Of a stretch of 64,000 nt of DNA, positions 61,779-64,000 are shown one piece after another (position 1 is the stretch's first letter; each line of letters opens with the position of its first letter). The DNA lies in the IMG/VR virus record IMGVR_UViG_3300043449_002191, positions 64,001-128,000 of that record. One strand, written 5' to 3'. The notes beneath the pieces are model-generated. The model searched no databases. It was not told the origin of the DNA and saw only the letters and a list, made by a program, of their open reading frames with translations. Origin of the DNA: a virus. The position numbers and the translations under genes were made by a program.

Positions 61779-64000
61779 GACTTTTTTTGACGAAAACACC
61801 TCTCCACAAGAGCTTGAATCTACAATAAATCAATATATTGATACACCAAAAGATAGTCACCCAGAAGACTTATCAGAAAAGGTATATGAAGCTGCCGCAC
61901 ATCCTCAAATGCCAGCAGCGCATTTATCTAAACTTTACCTTCATAACATGGCAAAACCAGAAAATACTCCAGAAAATATAGGCAGCCATGAAAGTATAGA
62001 CTCAGATTTAACTGAAAAAATACTGCAAAATCTAAATACACCTAAAGATATACATGAGCAGCACCTTGCAGCTACTCATTCTTCTAATAGCGAGCATCAT
62101 AACTATGCTATTTCAAATCCTGCAGTATCTAATGATGTTATTCAGTCATTTTTAGAAAATAGAGCAAAATCGGAATCTGCTTGGAATATGCCAGCAGAAG
62201 AAAATGTCCATCCCGATGTTGGGTTTAATCTATTTAATAAAGGCCGTGAACTTAAAGACATTGATCCAAAGCATTCAGAAGCACTTAAAGAATATGGATT
62301 AGATATTCTACAAAATTCTAAAAAACATACAGACGAAACATTAAAGAGAGTAGTAGATGCTTATCATAAAGGCCAGCCATTAAATAGCGGCTTTTTGGGC
62401 AATCTTATCTCAAAAAATAAAAATTTGACAAAAGACCAGTTAAATCAAATTCACAATAAGCATACATCATCTGAAGAGTTTGATCCTGATTATGGTAGCA
62501 GTGTTATTTCTTCTATAGCAGAGCATCCTAATACTGATCCATCATTACTATCACTAATCGCTAACGATAAAAAGTATAAAAACCATGCATCTGATGCTTT
62601 AAAAAATCCTGCGCTTCCTATGGAAGTATTCAATAATAAAATTTCAAAATTACCTAAAAGAGGAAATGAACATTACGATCATAATGATGAAATTACTGAA
62701 TCTTTACTGCAAAATCCAAATATAACAAAAGACCAAGTGTCAGAACTTTTTAAAAAAGGGTTTAAATCAGCGTTAAATCATGAAAAAACTGATGAGTCAT
62801 TAATTGAAAATCATTGGAATAGCTCTGACAAAAGCGCAGATGCTGCGAATAAAATTTTGCGAACAAAAAACTTGCCTGAAAGTGTCTTAAAAGAGCTTGT
62901 TAATCATAAAAATCAAGACGTAGCAATTGAAGCGTTAAATCATAAGAATGCTACAGAAAACGTAGTAAATGAAGGTTTAAAAAGAAAAGCTAAAGCAGTA
63001 CAAGAAGAGGCAGCTAAGCACCCTCTTGTAAAAGATAGAGCTATTACTGAAAAGCTAAAAAATAAATCAGTAAACGCCTCTACTATAGCTTCTGATAATG
63101 ATTATAAAGAAAAGTTTGATAAACTTTCCGATTTGGATAAATCTAATCTAATTAACCACTTCCATGAAAAGCTCTCAGGCTCAGACATTGATGCAATTGC
63201 TAAGAATTCAAAAGAAAAGAAGTCTGATGTATTATTGGCAAAAAGATTCTTAGCTAGGGATAAAAGTGTACCACAACACATCAAAGACCATCATTCAGAT
63301 GAGTTTTTTGATATGTTTACTAAAGAATTTGGAACTAATTCAGATATAAACGTAGATAGAGATGATTTACACAAAAGGCAGTTATTCCAAACCGCAAGAG
63401 ACCTTTTATCAGATGAAAATCCAACAGCGCAGAAAAGATTGCTAGAGCATACACCTTTGATGTCAGCGTTAGGCCCTGATGTGGCATCTAAATCTAAAAA
63501 TCCTGATTTTATTAAAAAGCTAGTCAAAAGAGCTAAAGACGCTGATGGTGAATCAATAATAGATCGCTGGGGGCACCCAAGACCATATAATTCGTCTGAC
63601 TTAAGATTATCTGTATTAAAAAATCCAAATCTAAGCCTAGAAGATCTTAAAGGTCACTTGTCCGACCCGTCTTTTAATGATTTTGATAAATATGCTTTGA
63701 ATAATATTATGGATAAAACAAAAGGTTCCCCAGAAAAACAAGCAGAAACACTAAGTTTTTTAAAAAATTTAAACAGACCAGAAGTAAACAAACACCTGCT
63801 GTTAGGCAGTTTTTTGACTGGAAATGACCAAGAATCAGCATTTGAAAACTTAGAGTCAAAATACGATAAAAGTGAATTTTTAAAGGAAAATGCAGACAAA
63901 ATTTCTCCATCGTTAGCTGACAGAATTTTAAGTGGCGAATTTAATGATAATTACACACAAATGAAACATAATCTTTTTAGTGGATTAGAAAATCCCCCTA
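61771..64000 (+). CDS. Large helical-repeat (HEAT/LRV-like) protein, 3'-truncated, >740 aa
   Basis: GGAGG SD, GTG start; frame open wherever spot-checked; recurring AAHPQMP, IAEHPNTD, ALKNPALP, LLQNPNIT, VLKNPNLS. Confidence 0.8.
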   Translation, partial: MNKTFFDENTSPQELESTINQYIDTPKDSHPEDLSEKVYEAAAHPQMPAAHLSKLYLHNMAKPENTPENIGSHESIDSDLTEKILQNLNTPKDIHEQHLAATHSSNSEHHNYAISNPAVSNDVIQSFLENRAKSESAWNMPAEENVHPDVGFNLFNKGRELKDIDPKHSEALKEYGLDILQNSKKHTDETLKRVVDAYHKGQPLNSGFLGNLISKNKNLTKDQLNQIHNKHTSSEEFDPDYGSSVISSIAEHPNTDPSLLSLIANDKKYKNHASDALKNPALPMEVFNNKISKLPKRGNEHYDHNDEITESLLQNPNITKDQVSELFKKGFKSALNHEKTDESLIENHWNSSDKSADAANKILRTKNLPESVLKELVNHKNQDVAIEALNHKNATENVVNEGLKRKAKAVQEEAAKHPLVKDRAITEKLKNKSVNASTIASDNDYKEKFDKLSDLDKSNLINHFHEKLSGSDIDAIAKNSKEKKSDVLLAKRFLARDKSVPQHIKDHHSDEFFDMFTKEFGTNSDINVDRDDLHKRQLFQTARDLLSDENPTAQKRLLEHTPLMSALGPDVASKSKNPDFIKKLVKRAKDADGESIIDRWGHPRPYNSSDLRLSVLKNPNLSLEDLKGHLSDPSFNDFDKYALNNIMDKTKGSPEKQAETLSFLKNLNRPEVNKHLLLGSFLTGNDQESAFENLESKYDKSEFLKENADKISPSLADRILSGEFNDNYTQMKHNLFSGLENPP

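Noticed and set aside
945-63910. Remaining short ORF-track entries overlapping assigned genes (e.g. 4000..4413, 18786..19115, 46298..46777, 63102..63910)
   Set aside because: Antisense or off-frame to well-supported genes, without SD or recognisable motifs.
1-64000. Stop-codon reassignment
   Set aside because: Dense full-length genes under the standard code; TAA, TAG and TGA all terminate genes.

Overview
AT-rich 64-kb segment of a large tailed dsDNA phage (Caudoviricetes). The genetic code is standard. The host is probably Gram-negative, inferred from lipoproteins and an outer-membrane beta-barrel-like gene. I saw no integrase, rRNA, canonical tRNA or CRISPR array. Layout: (1) 1-8.6 kb: minus-strand accessory region. 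It opens with a strictly alternating array of a repeated small gene (MKRSE...GMLPP...WEPEDE) and variable cargo genes joined by conserved overlapping junctions. It also holds DHFR, a histidine phosphatase, a class II aldolase and three candidate structured RNAs. (2) 8.7-17.9 kb: plus-strand tail/fibre genes and a subtilisin. (3) 17.9-48.6 kb: mostly minus-strand replication and metabolism genes: MAP, M15 peptidase (plus strand), dNMP kinase, trypsin-like protease, DnaB, primase, RecA, SSB, DnaE, phosphoesterase, ClpP-like, NrdAB, RuvC, SbcC, TAA1/alliinase-like PLP enzyme, GroEL, HTH protein. (4) 48.8-64 kb: plus-strand SF2 helicase, sigma factor, GroES, SbcD, terminase, portal, MuF-like protein, a prohead protease fused to a PI3K/HipA-like kinase domain, and a large truncated repeat protein. 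A motif CCTAATCTT(A/T)T precedes six genes and looks like a phage late promoter. Best leads for new biology: the repeat-gene/cargo cassette array, the protease-kinase fusion carrying a capsid-arm-like motif, the plant TAA1-like enzyme, and the tRNA-like RNA. All calls come from motif recognition by eye; no searches were run. Several start codons were moved from the ORF track using SD position or stop/start overlap.
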